From positions 47,348 through 111,347 of the forward strand of contig CAYXYB010000003.1 of NCBI GenBank assembly GCA_964469215.1: a stretch of DNA of 64,000 nt, written 5' to 3'. A program made the translations under genes and the position numbers. Within the stretch, counting starts at the first letter, position 1, and each line of letters starts with the position of its first letter. The DNA comes from an uncultured Lentimicrobiaceae bacterium (lineage in GTDB: Bacteria; Bacteroidota; Bacteroidia; Bacteroidales; SKPS01). Below, piece after piece: positions 9,447 through 18,073 of the stretch. The notes under the pieces are model-generated. The model had not been told where the DNA came from. It searched no databases and worked only from the letters and a program-made list of their open reading frames with translations.

Positions 9447-10501
9447 TCTCTGTAAGGATTTGGGTTGATGCAGATCCTGAGATTGTCTCTGCCTGGTTGA
9501 AATAATGCGATATCTTCTCCTTCAATTTCGGGTGATTGTAAACCAATGCCGAATTTTACCGACCCTGTAAAAATACGTGCCTCATCCCATAATCCACTCT
9601 TAATAAAGAGATCCAGAGTTTTTCTGCCTCCTTCAATAGTAAGGGATTGTAATCCTTTGTTATACAAGTCATTCAAAATTCTGACCGGCAAATCGGAGAT
9701 GTTTTCAGGCAGTCCCAGAAAAATAGTGGTATCATTGAACATTTTGGGTTGGCCAGAATACAGCCATGTTTCTGCACTATTGTCAAAGACCCTGAAACCT
9801 GCATCAAGTTCACTATCTGTGTCAATAACAATTCTCAAAGGATTTCTCCCCGGCCAGAAACGGGTGGTTAGCTCAGGGTTGTCATTTTTTATAGTACCTG
9901 CTCCAACAAGGACAGCATCGGTGAATCCCCTCCAGCGATGTACCAGAATTCTGAGTTTAGGATCTGTAATCCAGTTTATAGAAGGGGATTCATGATGCTT
10001 ACGGTGCATATCGATGAATCCATCTTCAGTTTGTGCCCATTTGAGGATAACCCATGGTCGCTTACGTTCGTGAAAGGAAAAGAAATGTCTGTTAAGCCAG
10101 CGTGATGACGCAACCTCAATACCAGTGATCACCTCTATTCCGGCATCGCGCAATTTTTGAATACCCCTGCCGGCAACAGAAGGATTGGAATCCAGAGCTC
10201 CGACAACAACCTGCTTTATGTTTCGTGAAATTATCAGGTCGGTGCAGGGAGGTGTCTTTCCATGATGGCTGCATGGCTCAAGATTTACATATAGGGTTGC
10301 ATCGGGAAGCAGATTCCTCTCAGACACGTTTCCGATAGCCACAACCTCTGCATGGAGGCCCCCGAAACTGTTATGATATCCCTCTCCGATAATGCGGCCT
10401 TCGGCTGCAATAACGCAACCAACCAATGGGTTGCTGCCCGTAAGACCCTCACCGTGAACGGCAAGTTCAAAGCATCGGTTCATGTATTTGCTGTGATTCA
10501 T
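9443..10501 (-). CDS. ribD: Bifunctional diaminohydroxyphosphoribosylaminopyrimidine deaminase / reductase
   Basis: NPLVGCVI, HAE, LEPCSHHGKTPPC, KWAQT.DG and IEGG motifs. Confidence 0.95.
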   Translation of the reverse strand: MNHSKYMNRCFELAVHGEGLTGSNPLVGCVIAAEGRIIGEGYHNSFGGLHAEVVAIGNVSERNLLPDATLYVNLEPCSHHGKTPPCTDLIISRNIKQVVVGALDSNPSVAGRGIQKLRDAGIEVITGIEVASSRWLNRHFFSFHERKRPWVILKWAQTEDGFIDMHRKHHESPSINWITDPKLRILVHRWRGFTDAVLVGAGTIKNDNPELTTRFWPGRNPLRIVIDTDSELDAGFRVFDNSAETWLYSGQPKMFNDTTIFLGLPENISDLPVRILNDLYNKGLQSLTIEGGRKTLDLFIKSGLWDEARIFTGSVKFGIGLQSPEIEGEDIALFQPGRDNLRICINPNPYRE

Positions 10502-10509
10502 AACCAGGG

Positions 10510-10517
10510 CAAACCTA
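10510..10517 (-). promoter_or_regulatory. Bacteroidota sigma-A -7 element (TAGGTTTG) upstream of ribD
   Basis: Matches TAnnTTTG, 8 nt upstream of the ATG. Confidence 0.55.
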
Positions 10518-10586
10518 AGTTTTTTTTTTTACAGATAATTATCATTTTTCTTATTAAATGTTCATCTTTGTCTAAAGAAAATTATA

Positions 10587-11633
10587 ATGGATATAATAAA
10601 AACTATCATCCCTCTTAAGGCCATATTTCCTGTAGTGCCAGTAATAATATTATTACTTTCAATAAACTCATGCAAAAAGGAAGAAGTTGAGCTGCCTGTT
10701 ACAGTTCCTGAATTGATCACAATAAGTGTAAGTGACATCGGTCAGGAAACAGCCACAACCGGCGGTAAGATAACCTACGACGGAGGAGATCTGATCACAG
10801 AAAAAGGGATTTGCTGGAACACTAACCCAAACCCTGTTTTCACCGACCGTATTACTTTGCAGGGGAAAGGTGCCAATTCCTTTGTTACGATACTGGAAAA
10901 TCTTGATCCGGGAGTGACCTACTACCTTAGAGCATATGCAAAAAACAGCATCGGAATTGGTTATGGTAACGAAATGAAATTTTCAACCATTCCGCTCGAG
11001 CCTCTGGCCGATATTGATGGAAATACATATACTGCCAAAACATATGGCAATCAGGTCTGGATGTTACAGAATCTAAAAACCACCCGCTTTAATGATGGTT
11101 CTATGATTGATATCCATACTGATTACAGCACCTGGTTTTACCTTACGAAACCGGTATATTGCTGGTACAACAACGACGAAGCTGCATACAAGGGTGTGTA
11201 TGGCGCTCTTTATAACTGGTATACAGTTGCTAGTGGAAAGTTGTGCCCGCACGGATGGCATGTCCCCGATGAACAGGAATGGGAAGAGCTCGAAATATTC
11301 CTGGGCATGAACCCTCTTGAAGCTGCTGCCCCTTATGGGTGGAGAGGTGAAACAGATAATATTGCCGGTAAAATGAAGGAAGTGGGTTTTATCCACTGGT
11401 CGCCACCCAATAAAGGAGCTACCAACGAATCCAGGTTTGCAGCCCTTCCCGGTGGCTGCAGAAACCTATACGGCACTTTTGAATATGTTAAAGACTATGC
11501 ATATTGGTGGACAGCCTCTGAAGCCGACACTACATATTCATGGGCACGCAGCTTAAGCTATAACCTTACTAGCGTTTACAAAAGTCAGTATTACAAACAA
11601 AGCGGATTCTCGGTCAGATGCATTAAGGACTGA
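10587..11633 (+). CDS. FISUMP (Fibrobacter succinogenes major paralogous) domain lipoprotein with FN3-like domain
   Basis: Lipobox INSC; ITEKGICW...YYLRAYAKN..GIGYG FN3-like unit; DIDGNTY, QVWM..NLK, GALYNW, LCPHGWHVP and GFSVRCIKD. Confidence 0.9.
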   Translation: MDIIKTIIPLKAIFPVVPVIILLLSINSCKKEEVELPVTVPELITISVSDIGQETATTGGKITYDGGDLITEKGICWNTNPNPVFTDRITLQGKGANSFVTILENLDPGVTYYLRAYAKNSIGIGYGNEMKFSTIPLEPLADIDGNTYTAKTYGNQVWMLQNLKTTRFNDGSMIDIHTDYSTWFYLTKPVYCWYNNDEAAYKGVYGALYNWYTVASGKLCPHGWHVPDEQEWEELEIFLGMNPLEAAAPYGWRGETDNIAGKMKEVGFIHWSPPNKGATNESRFAALPGGCRNLYGTFEYVKDYAYWWTASEADTTYSWARSLSYNLTSVYKSQYYKQSGFSVRCIKD

Positions 11634-11640
11634 TCAAAGC

Positions 11641-12633
11641 ATGAAAACATTCAACTCTTCGATGAAAATAAAAATAATATCACTCCTGACTCTGGTTTTC
11701 GTTACATCAATCCTCCTGTTTCTGAATGGATGTGAGGAAGAAGGAGAACATCTGCCCAGTGTCGAAACCTACGACCCCCTCGAGGTTCATTATATGAAAG
11801 CTCTTATGGGTGGCAGAGTTGTAAGTGATCACGGATTTCCTGTTACAACCAGAGGCTTTTGCTTTGCAAAGGGCAAAGTCCCTAATGTCAAAGACGATGT
11901 GTTGACTATTGGTTCCGGATCAGGTATATTTCAGGGTTATATTTCGGATCTTGAACCGGGTACCGAATATTATGTCAGAGCTTTCGCAACAAGCAAAAAA
12001 GGAACAGGTTATGGCTCCATTATGGTGCTCACAACAAAGCAGATCACAGATCCCGATGGTAATGTATATAAATATGTGAAAATCGGAAACCAGATATGGA
12101 TGAAGGAAAATCTGGCAACAACAATGCTAAATGACAGTTCTCCCATCGCCAGAGGATCTAACTCATCTGGTCCCGGAATATATCCATACTACTGTTTTTA
12201 TGATCACGATTCGGCAAAATACAGCACAACCTATGGGAAACTTTATTCCTTCTATGCAGTTAGCAGCGGTAAGCTCTGCCCTTTAGGATGGAAGGTGCCC
12301 TCTGTTGCAGATTGGGATCAGCTAAACAACTTTTTGGGTGGAAGTCAGGTTGCCGGTGGCAAACTGAAAGAGAAAGATACCACGAACTGGCAATTTGAAA
12401 ATATAGGAGCAACAAACGAAGTAGGATTCACAGCAAGGCCAGGTGGAATGCAAACCTACACATCAATTTTTCAGAATATACGGGTGGCAGGTTATTTCTG
12501 GACATCTGACACAACTTCATCGTCACTTTATGATGCATATTGCCAGCAACTGTATTATAACTCCGTGGTTATCCTCAGGCTGAATGAGAACAGGACAAGA
12601 TCCATGTCTGTGAGATGTATTCTGGATCAGTGA
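11641..12633 (+). CDS. Second FISUMP domain lipoprotein with FN3-like domain
   Basis: Lipobox LNGC; YYVRAFATS..GTGYG; DPDGNVY, QIWMKENL, YGKLY, LCPLGWKVP and MSVRCI. Confidence 0.9.
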   Translation: MKTFNSSMKIKIISLLTLVFVTSILLFLNGCEEEGEHLPSVETYDPLEVHYMKALMGGRVVSDHGFPVTTRGFCFAKGKVPNVKDDVLTIGSGSGIFQGYISDLEPGTEYYVRAFATSKKGTGYGSIMVLTTKQITDPDGNVYKYVKIGNQIWMKENLATTMLNDSSPIARGSNSSGPGIYPYYCFYDHDSAKYSTTYGKLYSFYAVSSGKLCPLGWKVPSVADWDQLNNFLGGSQVAGGKLKEKDTTNWQFENIGATNEVGFTARPGGMQTYTSIFQNIRVAGYFWTSDTTSSSLYDAYCQQLYYNSVVILRLNENRTRSMSVRCILDQ

Positions 12634-12653
12634 TTTGGTAATCCTTAAACTGC

Positions 12654-12690
12654 AAAAGAGAGCCTCTCCACATAGACGCTCTCTTTTTTG
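12654..12690 (+). terminator. Intrinsic terminator (potentially bidirectional) after the FISUMP pair
   Basis: aaaagagagc[c]tct-ccacat-aga[c]gctctctttt hairpin followed by a T run. Confidence 0.75.
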
Positions 12691-12773
12691 TATCTTCTTA
12701 TCATTAACTCAATGGTCGTGGAGTTGCTACTGTAATAAAGAAGATGTGTGTTCCTGACACCCTCTTCTTTTAC

Positions 12774-13442
12774 TTAAAGAGTGGCTTTAAGATTTATCTT
12801 AAAACCGATGTCATCATTAATAAAATTGTCCTTCAAATTCTTGAAGAATGATTTTGAGCCATACCGAACATTCCATTCAGCACGGTTTATTACAAACTGT
12901 GGTGTCGTCGCGGTAAGAACTCCCTCGCCCATATCAATGCCTGCGTCAAACGAGATGCTTCTTGTTATCCCTCTTATGGTAAGGTTTCCGGTCAAACGGT
13001 GTGTTACACCATCACCCTGCTTTGGCTCTGCACCGGTGATAACAAACATAGCTGTGGGAAAACTGTCGACACTAAAAAAATCATCACTTACAAGATGAAC
13101 CCGAAGCCTTTCATTAACCCCCGGATCAGTTATGTCAAGTACCTTGATGCTGCTCATATCCATTGTGAAAGAACCTCCAACGATATTACCGTCAGATAAT
13201 TCAAGTGAACCTCCCTTAAGCATCACAATTCCATTATGCTGTCCGCCTGGTTTGCTTCCAACCCATTCAATGTTGCTGCTTTCCAGATCAGCACTCAATC
13301 TCTTGTCACCAACAACCATTTGCTCTTCCTGAGCATCACCACTCTCTATCCTGTCTCCTTTGATTCCACTGCCGCAACCGGCTATAACCGCAAAAATGGC
13401 AATTGCCATAACAGCCATCGAAATTTTCTGTAAATGTTTCAT
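12774..13442 (-). CDS. YceI family lipoprotein
   Basis: Lipobox IAGC; SNIEWVGSK, HNG, HL.SDDFF.V..FP, GNLTIRGIT and INRAEWNVRYGS. Confidence 0.9.
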   Translation of the reverse strand: MKHLQKISMAVMAIAIFAVIAGCGSGIKGDRIESGDAQEEQMVVGDKRLSADLESSNIEWVGSKPGGQHNGIVMLKGGSLELSDGNIVGGSFTMDMSSIKVLDITDPGVNERLRVHLVSDDFFSVDSFPTAMFVITGAEPKQGDGVTHRLTGNLTIRGITRSISFDAGIDMGEGVLTATTPQFVINRAEWNVRYGSKSFFKNLKDNFINDDIGFKINLKATL

Positions 13443-13521
13443 TTTTCATGATATTTATTAAACAATATTGAATAACAAACAACATGTCATTGGATTTGTT
13501 CATTTTTGCAGTGACCAATTA

Positions 13522-14514
13522 ATGATTTTTATGATTTATTATCTCCGGAATACAGATTCAGATCCTGCCTTTAATCTTGCCATGGAGGAGCATTTGCTGA
13601 AGAACACCACTGATGAGTATTTTATTGTTGGCATTAATGATAAGTCGGTTATCATCGGAAAACATCAGAATGCAGTGGCTGAAATCAACTCGGGGTATCT
13701 TTTCGAAAACAATATTCCGGTTTTCCGGAGGATATCGGGAGGAGGCTCAGTTTATCACGATCCGGGAAATATCAATTTCACCTTTATTGTTAATGGTGAA
13801 GAGGGAAAGATGGTCAGTTTCAGAAAATATACCCTGCCTCTGATTGAGGTGTTGCAAAAAAACGGTATCGAAGCAAACTTTGAAGAACATAATAACCTAA
13901 CTATCAATGGTTTGAAGATCAGTGGAAATGCCGAGCATATCTATAAAAACCGCTTGCTTCATCACGGCACCCTTCTGTACAATTCAGATCTGAACAGGCT
14001 AAAGGAAGCCATAAAACCGGGAACGGGTGTTTATATCGATAAAAGTGTTAAATCGATACGCAGCAAGGTTACCAATATTTCGGAGCATCTTATTAACCAT
14101 GTTGATATTAGAGATTTTGCTTCAATGATAATCCAACATATCAGGGAAACTTTTCCGGGTGCTGCTCAATACCATTTGTCCGGATATGATATTGAGAAAA
14201 TTTCAGAGTTAAAACAGCTGAAATATGATAGCTGGGGATGGAACTTTGGTTATTCACCCCCCTATGTTTTTAAAAATTCTATGGAAGTTTCCGGTGTAAC
14301 AATTAGTGTTTACCTCTCTGTGAAAGATGGGATCATAAATGATTTTGAAATATCCGGTGGTGATTTCAGTTCTGATGTAATTAATGATGTGAAGTTGAGC
14401 CTTATTGGTCAAAGGCATGATTTCGCCGAAATCTTTGCTTCATTAAATGCCCGGAATATAGAATTAAGTCCGGAAGTGCTTTCAACAGAAAATCTCTTAA
14501 AACTGATATTTTAA
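13522..14514 (+). CDS. lplA: Lipoate-protein ligase A
   Basis: FNLAMEE, VIIGKHQN, RRISGGGSVYHD.GN, KISGNA, HHGTLL and KSIRSKVTN. Start taken at the internal ATG (13522 or 13531). Confidence 0.92.
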   Translation: MIFMIYYLRNTDSDPAFNLAMEEHLLKNTTDEYFIVGINDKSVIIGKHQNAVAEINSGYLFENNIPVFRRISGGGSVYHDPGNINFTFIVNGEEGKMVSFRKYTLPLIEVLQKNGIEANFEEHNNLTINGLKISGNAEHIYKNRLLHHGTLLYNSDLNRLKEAIKPGTGVYIDKSVKSIRSKVTNISEHLINHVDIRDFASMIIQHIRETFPGAAQYHLSGYDIEKISELKQLKYDSWGWNFGYSPPYVFKNSMEVSGVTISVYLSVKDGIINDFEISGGDFSSDVINDVKLSLIGQRHDFAEIFASLNARNIELSPEVLSTENLLKLIF

Positions 14515-14718
14515 GGGGTTATTTTATTCAGGAGTAACCAAAGAAAGAATTAAAGACAGGAGCAACTTTGTTATTCCGAAATATTTATAAAAAAGCGGGC
14601 AAGCTGAGGTAGACTAAGAACATCCAGTTATAAGACATTAACTTAGTTTTTCTTCATTTTCAGATTATTTCCAAATTCACAATCTTAAATTATCTTTACC
14701 CCAATAAATAATAAATCA

Positions 14719-17700
14719 ATGTTTGCAATACTAAAACTATTTACCCTATTTCTTTACTTTGGATTGATATACATTTCCCATATTTTGGGTAACGTTCCTG
14801 ATACAATTATTGTCACCACTCACAATCGTACTACCGTGGTCACTGACCCTTCCAAAGGGGTTAGGTCACATCAGGAATGGGGGCTCTTTCCTTCACCTGA
14901 TGTGCAGATCCGGAAGATCATCATGAAGGTCACCTTTGGCTGCCCAGACACCATGCGCTGCGCCGACTGGGACTACTCAGACCGAATTGAACTTGTCCGT
15001 TCCGGTGGACCCATAGGCAAACGTTTGGGGTATGAGATTGGAAGGCTGATAACCCCTTACGGTGGTTTTTATGGCCGCAACTGGTCGTACACCTGGGAGG
15101 TGGATGTGACAGACTTCAGCATGATCCTCCGCGACAGCATATTGGTCGATTTTATCCATTCAGGGTACGAACCTGACAACGACCGTGGATGGCTGCTCAC
15201 CCTCACCTTTGAAATAGTCATAGGGAAACCTGCACTGGTGCCGGTTGCGTTTACAGAACTTTTTGACGACCATTTCCCTTATGGCGACCCTGAGAAACCG
15301 ATCCACGAGATTCTGACCCCGGAATCCTTCACCGCACACCCCGATGCAGCCTTCGCCCGCCTACGTGTGATACAGACCGGCCACGGAATGGATGCTCCGG
15401 ACAACTGCGCCGAGTTTTGCAGCAAGTACCGTGAGTTGTGGTACGATGGAAAACTGATTCAGAAGCGTCAGATGTGGAAGAAATGCGGCGACAATTCTGT
15501 ATACCCCCAGGCAGGAACATGGATCTTCGATCGTGGAAACTGGTGCCCCGGGGATCTGCTGCAACCCGAACTTTTTGAACTCCCTGTGGAACCCGGGAAG
15601 CAGCACAATATTGCTTTCGTGATGGAACCATATACAGCCACACGGCAAAACAACGGTCATCAGGTAATAAGTTCCTATGTCATTCAATACCGGAAATCTG
15701 AAGCCTTGCATGATGTGGCGCTGGAGGAGATTGTGGTTCCTTCACGGAAAAGTCTCCATTCGCGTCTCAATCCTGCTGCTGCAAACGGATTGGTAGTAGT
15801 CCGTAACATGGGGGCTGCAACGGTAAATGAGATGTTGATTGGCTATGGAACACGCGGATTCGAGTTTCAGGAATACCATTGGAAAGGACACCTGGAGCCG
15901 TATCAGGCTGTTCAGGTCACCCTTCCCGGTCAGATACTCAGCCGTGGGGAAGAGGGTATATTTATGGCAACAGCCCTGAGCGTGAATGGTGTAAAAGACG
16001 AATACCCAGCCGATAATCAATTGCAAACCAGCTTCTCTCCCGCTCCTGTACACGGACCGGTGCTTGTGTTTCGACTGGTCACAAACAATCAGCCTGAACA
16101 TAACGGATGGAAGCTGGAAAGCCACAGTGGTGAGGTTATCAGGGAGGTGAGCCCCGGAGCACTGCAGCCAGCCACCATCTATAACGACACCTTTCGTCTG
16201 GCACCCGGTGCCTGGACACTCACACTCACCGACACTGCCGGCGACGGTCTCGAGTTCTGGTATAACGAAAAAGGGGGCATGGGAGAGGCATTGCTCCTCA
16301 ATGACAGCGGAAACATTCTGAAAGCCTTTGAATCGGACTGTGGTTCAGGTTGGATATATAATTTTAGTATCGGAGATAACCCTGTGCTGCCCAACCCTTC
16401 AGACAAGGCTGTCAGCGTTTATCCTTCACGCACTTCAACCACAACAACATTGCGCTATCTGGCAAATACAACCGGTAATGTAGTGGTGAAGCTGGTTAAA
16501 GATCCGGGCAATGAGGTGGTTGAAGAGCGCTGTTACCCTGACCTCAGGGATGGTGTATTTACATTTGATCTGACCCGGTTCCCCTATGGTCGCTTTTTTT
16601 TGGAGGTTCACAGGGATGGAACACAAATTTTCAAACGTCGCATCCGCTTCGTGGACCCACCTGCCCAGGTGCAGGAACATCCATACACATGGCCACAGGA
16701 TCCCCTTGTGGCAGAAAAACTGGAGCAGTGGCAGGACTGGAAATTCGGGATCATTATTCATTGGGGAGCTTATAGGAAGTGGAGTGTTGTGGAGAGCTGG
16801 AGCCTGTGCCCCGAAGATGAACCATGGTGCGTACGAAGTGGCCCCCTGTCTGATCGTTATGAGGACTATGTGAGAGGATACGAAGGGATCAGGTGGTCAT
16901 TCTATCCCGAAGAATTTAATCCGGAAGGCTGGGCAAAAGCGGCAGCGAATGCAGGAATGAAGTATCTGGTGTTCACAACCAAACATCACGACGGCTTTTG
17001 TATGTTTGATACAAAATTCACAGATTATCGAATAGCAGACAGCAGTTCAGCCTTTTCAACAAACCCCAGATCCAATATTGCTAAGGAGGTCTTTGATGCA
17101 TTCAGAGCAGAAGGATTGGTAGCAGGGGTTTACTTCAGCAAACCGGACTGGCACAACGACGACTACTGGTGGCCCTACTTTCCGGTGCAGGATCGCAATG
17201 TAAACTACGACCCAAAAAAGTATCCTGAGCGGTGGAAAAGGTTTCAGGACTTCACCTATGCCCAGATCGAAGAGCTGATGACACAATATGGTGATGTTGA
17301 CATCCTGTGGCTTGATGGTGGCTGGGTGAGGCCGGAAGGTAGCCTTACCGAAGAAACACGCCCCTGGTTGGGAAAGAACCAGTATTTGCAGGACATAAAT
17401 ATGCCGGCGATTGCCACAATGGCCAGGAAACACCAACCCGGCCTGCTGATTGTTGACCGCACCGTCCACGGAGAGTATGAAAACTACCGCACCCCTGAGC
17501 AGCAAATACCGGACAGGAAGCCCGACTATCCATGGGAGAGTTGCATCACACTGGGCGACAGTTGGTACCACACGGGACCTGCTGAAAGGTATAAGTCATC
17601 AACATGGGCAATACACACCCTGGTAAAAATTGTCGCCAAAGGTGGTAACCTCCTGCTGGGTGTGGGTCCTGATGCTTCAGGTGAACTGCCTGAGGAGGTT

Positions 17701-18051
17701 TACAAAACATTCCGGGAGATTGGAGAATGGATGAAGGTAAACTCCGAAGCTATTTACAACACACGCCCGTTAGCTCCATATCAGGAGGAGAGTTTCTGCC
17801 ATACCATGGCCAACGACAGCTCATTTAAATATCTTATTTTGTTGATCCCCGAAGGACAAACTGTTCCCGGAACCATAAACCTCCCTGCTGGCTTTCTTTC
17901 CAACCGGCAGTCAATAACCATGTTAGGTCATCCGGCCAGGCTACCTGTGAAAATAATCAACGGAAAACCAACAGTGGCAATTCCGAAAAAGTTGAGCGCA
18001 CATTATAAGAATACCCCTGCGGTGGTATTCAGGATTGAAATGAAAAAATGA
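14719..18051 (+). CDS. Fusion: PNGase F-type peptide:N-glycanase + beta-sandwich/T9SS-CTD-like domain + GH29 alpha-L-fucosidase
   Basis: PNGase motifs CADWDY, GYEIGRLITPYG, TGHG..CAEFC and GTW..DRGNWCPG. GH29 motifs KFGIIIHWG, TTKHHDGF, WLDGG, WESCITLG and KGGNLLLGVGP. Single uninterrupted ORF. Confidence 0.85.
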   Translation: MFAILKLFTLFLYFGLIYISHILGNVPDTIIVTTHNRTTVVTDPSKGVRSHQEWGLFPSPDVQIRKIIMKVTFGCPDTMRCADWDYSDRIELVRSGGPIGKRLGYEIGRLITPYGGFYGRNWSYTWEVDVTDFSMILRDSILVDFIHSGYEPDNDRGWLLTLTFEIVIGKPALVPVAFTELFDDHFPYGDPEKPIHEILTPESFTAHPDAAFARLRVIQTGHGMDAPDNCAEFCSKYRELWYDGKLIQKRQMWKKCGDNSVYPQAGTWIFDRGNWCPGDLLQPELFELPVEPGKQHNIAFVMEPYTATRQNNGHQVISSYVIQYRKSEALHDVALEEIVVPSRKSLHSRLNPAAANGLVVVRNMGAATVNEMLIGYGTRGFEFQEYHWKGHLEPYQAVQVTLPGQILSRGEEGIFMATALSVNGVKDEYPADNQLQTSFSPAPVHGPVLVFRLVTNNQPEHNGWKLESHSGEVIREVSPGALQPATIYNDTFRLAPGAWTLTLTDTAGDGLEFWYNEKGGMGEALLLNDSGNILKAFESDCGSGWIYNFSIGDNPVLPNPSDKAVSVYPSRTSTTTTLRYLANTTGNVVVKLVKDPGNEVVEERCYPDLRDGVFTFDLTRFPYGRFFLEVHRDGTQIFKRRIRFVDPPAQVQEHPYTWPQDPLVAEKLEQWQDWKFGIIIHWGAYRKWSVVESWSLCPEDEPWCVRSGPLSDRYEDYVRGYEGIRWSFYPEEFNPEGWAKAAANAGMKYLVFTTKHHDGFCMFDTKFTDYRIADSSSAFSTNPRSNIAKEVFDAFRAEGLVAGVYFSKPDWHNDDYWWPYFPVQDRNVNYDPKKYPERWKRFQDFTYAQIEELMTQYGDVDILWLDGGWVRPEGSLTEETRPWLGKNQYLQDINMPAIATMARKHQPGLLIVDRTVHGEYENYRTPEQQIPDRKPDYPWESCITLGDSWYHTGPAERYKSSTWAIHTLVKIVAKGGNLLLGVGPDASGELPEEVYKTFREIGEWMKVNSEAIYNTRPLAPYQEESFCHTMANDSSFKYLILLIPEGQTVPGTINLPAGFLSNRQSITMLGHPARLPVKIINGKPTVAIPKKLSAHYKNTPAVVFRIEMKK

Positions 18052-18073
18052 ACCATATTATTCAATATATCAA

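Noticed and set aside
13468-13521. N-terminal extensions given by the ORF track (lplA; also dnaA 41812-41850, GNAT 45787-45858, FKBP 28320-28364)
   Set aside because: Extensions run through promoter or neighbouring-gene sequence and lack family similarity; downstream ATGs fit homologous starts better.
16600-16700. Stop-codon read-through or frameshift artefact explaining the PNGase-GH29 fusion
   Set aside because: There is no homopolymer, spacer-like DNA or residual signal peptide at the junction. Kept only as a refutation test.
14977-17571. Numerous minus-strand ORFs (up to 171 aa) inside the PNGase-GH29 gene
   Set aside because: Shadow ORFs expected in the GC-richer gene; no recognisable motifs and fully overlapped by a well-supported CDS. 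The same applies to the other 60-150 aa overlapping ORFs in the track.
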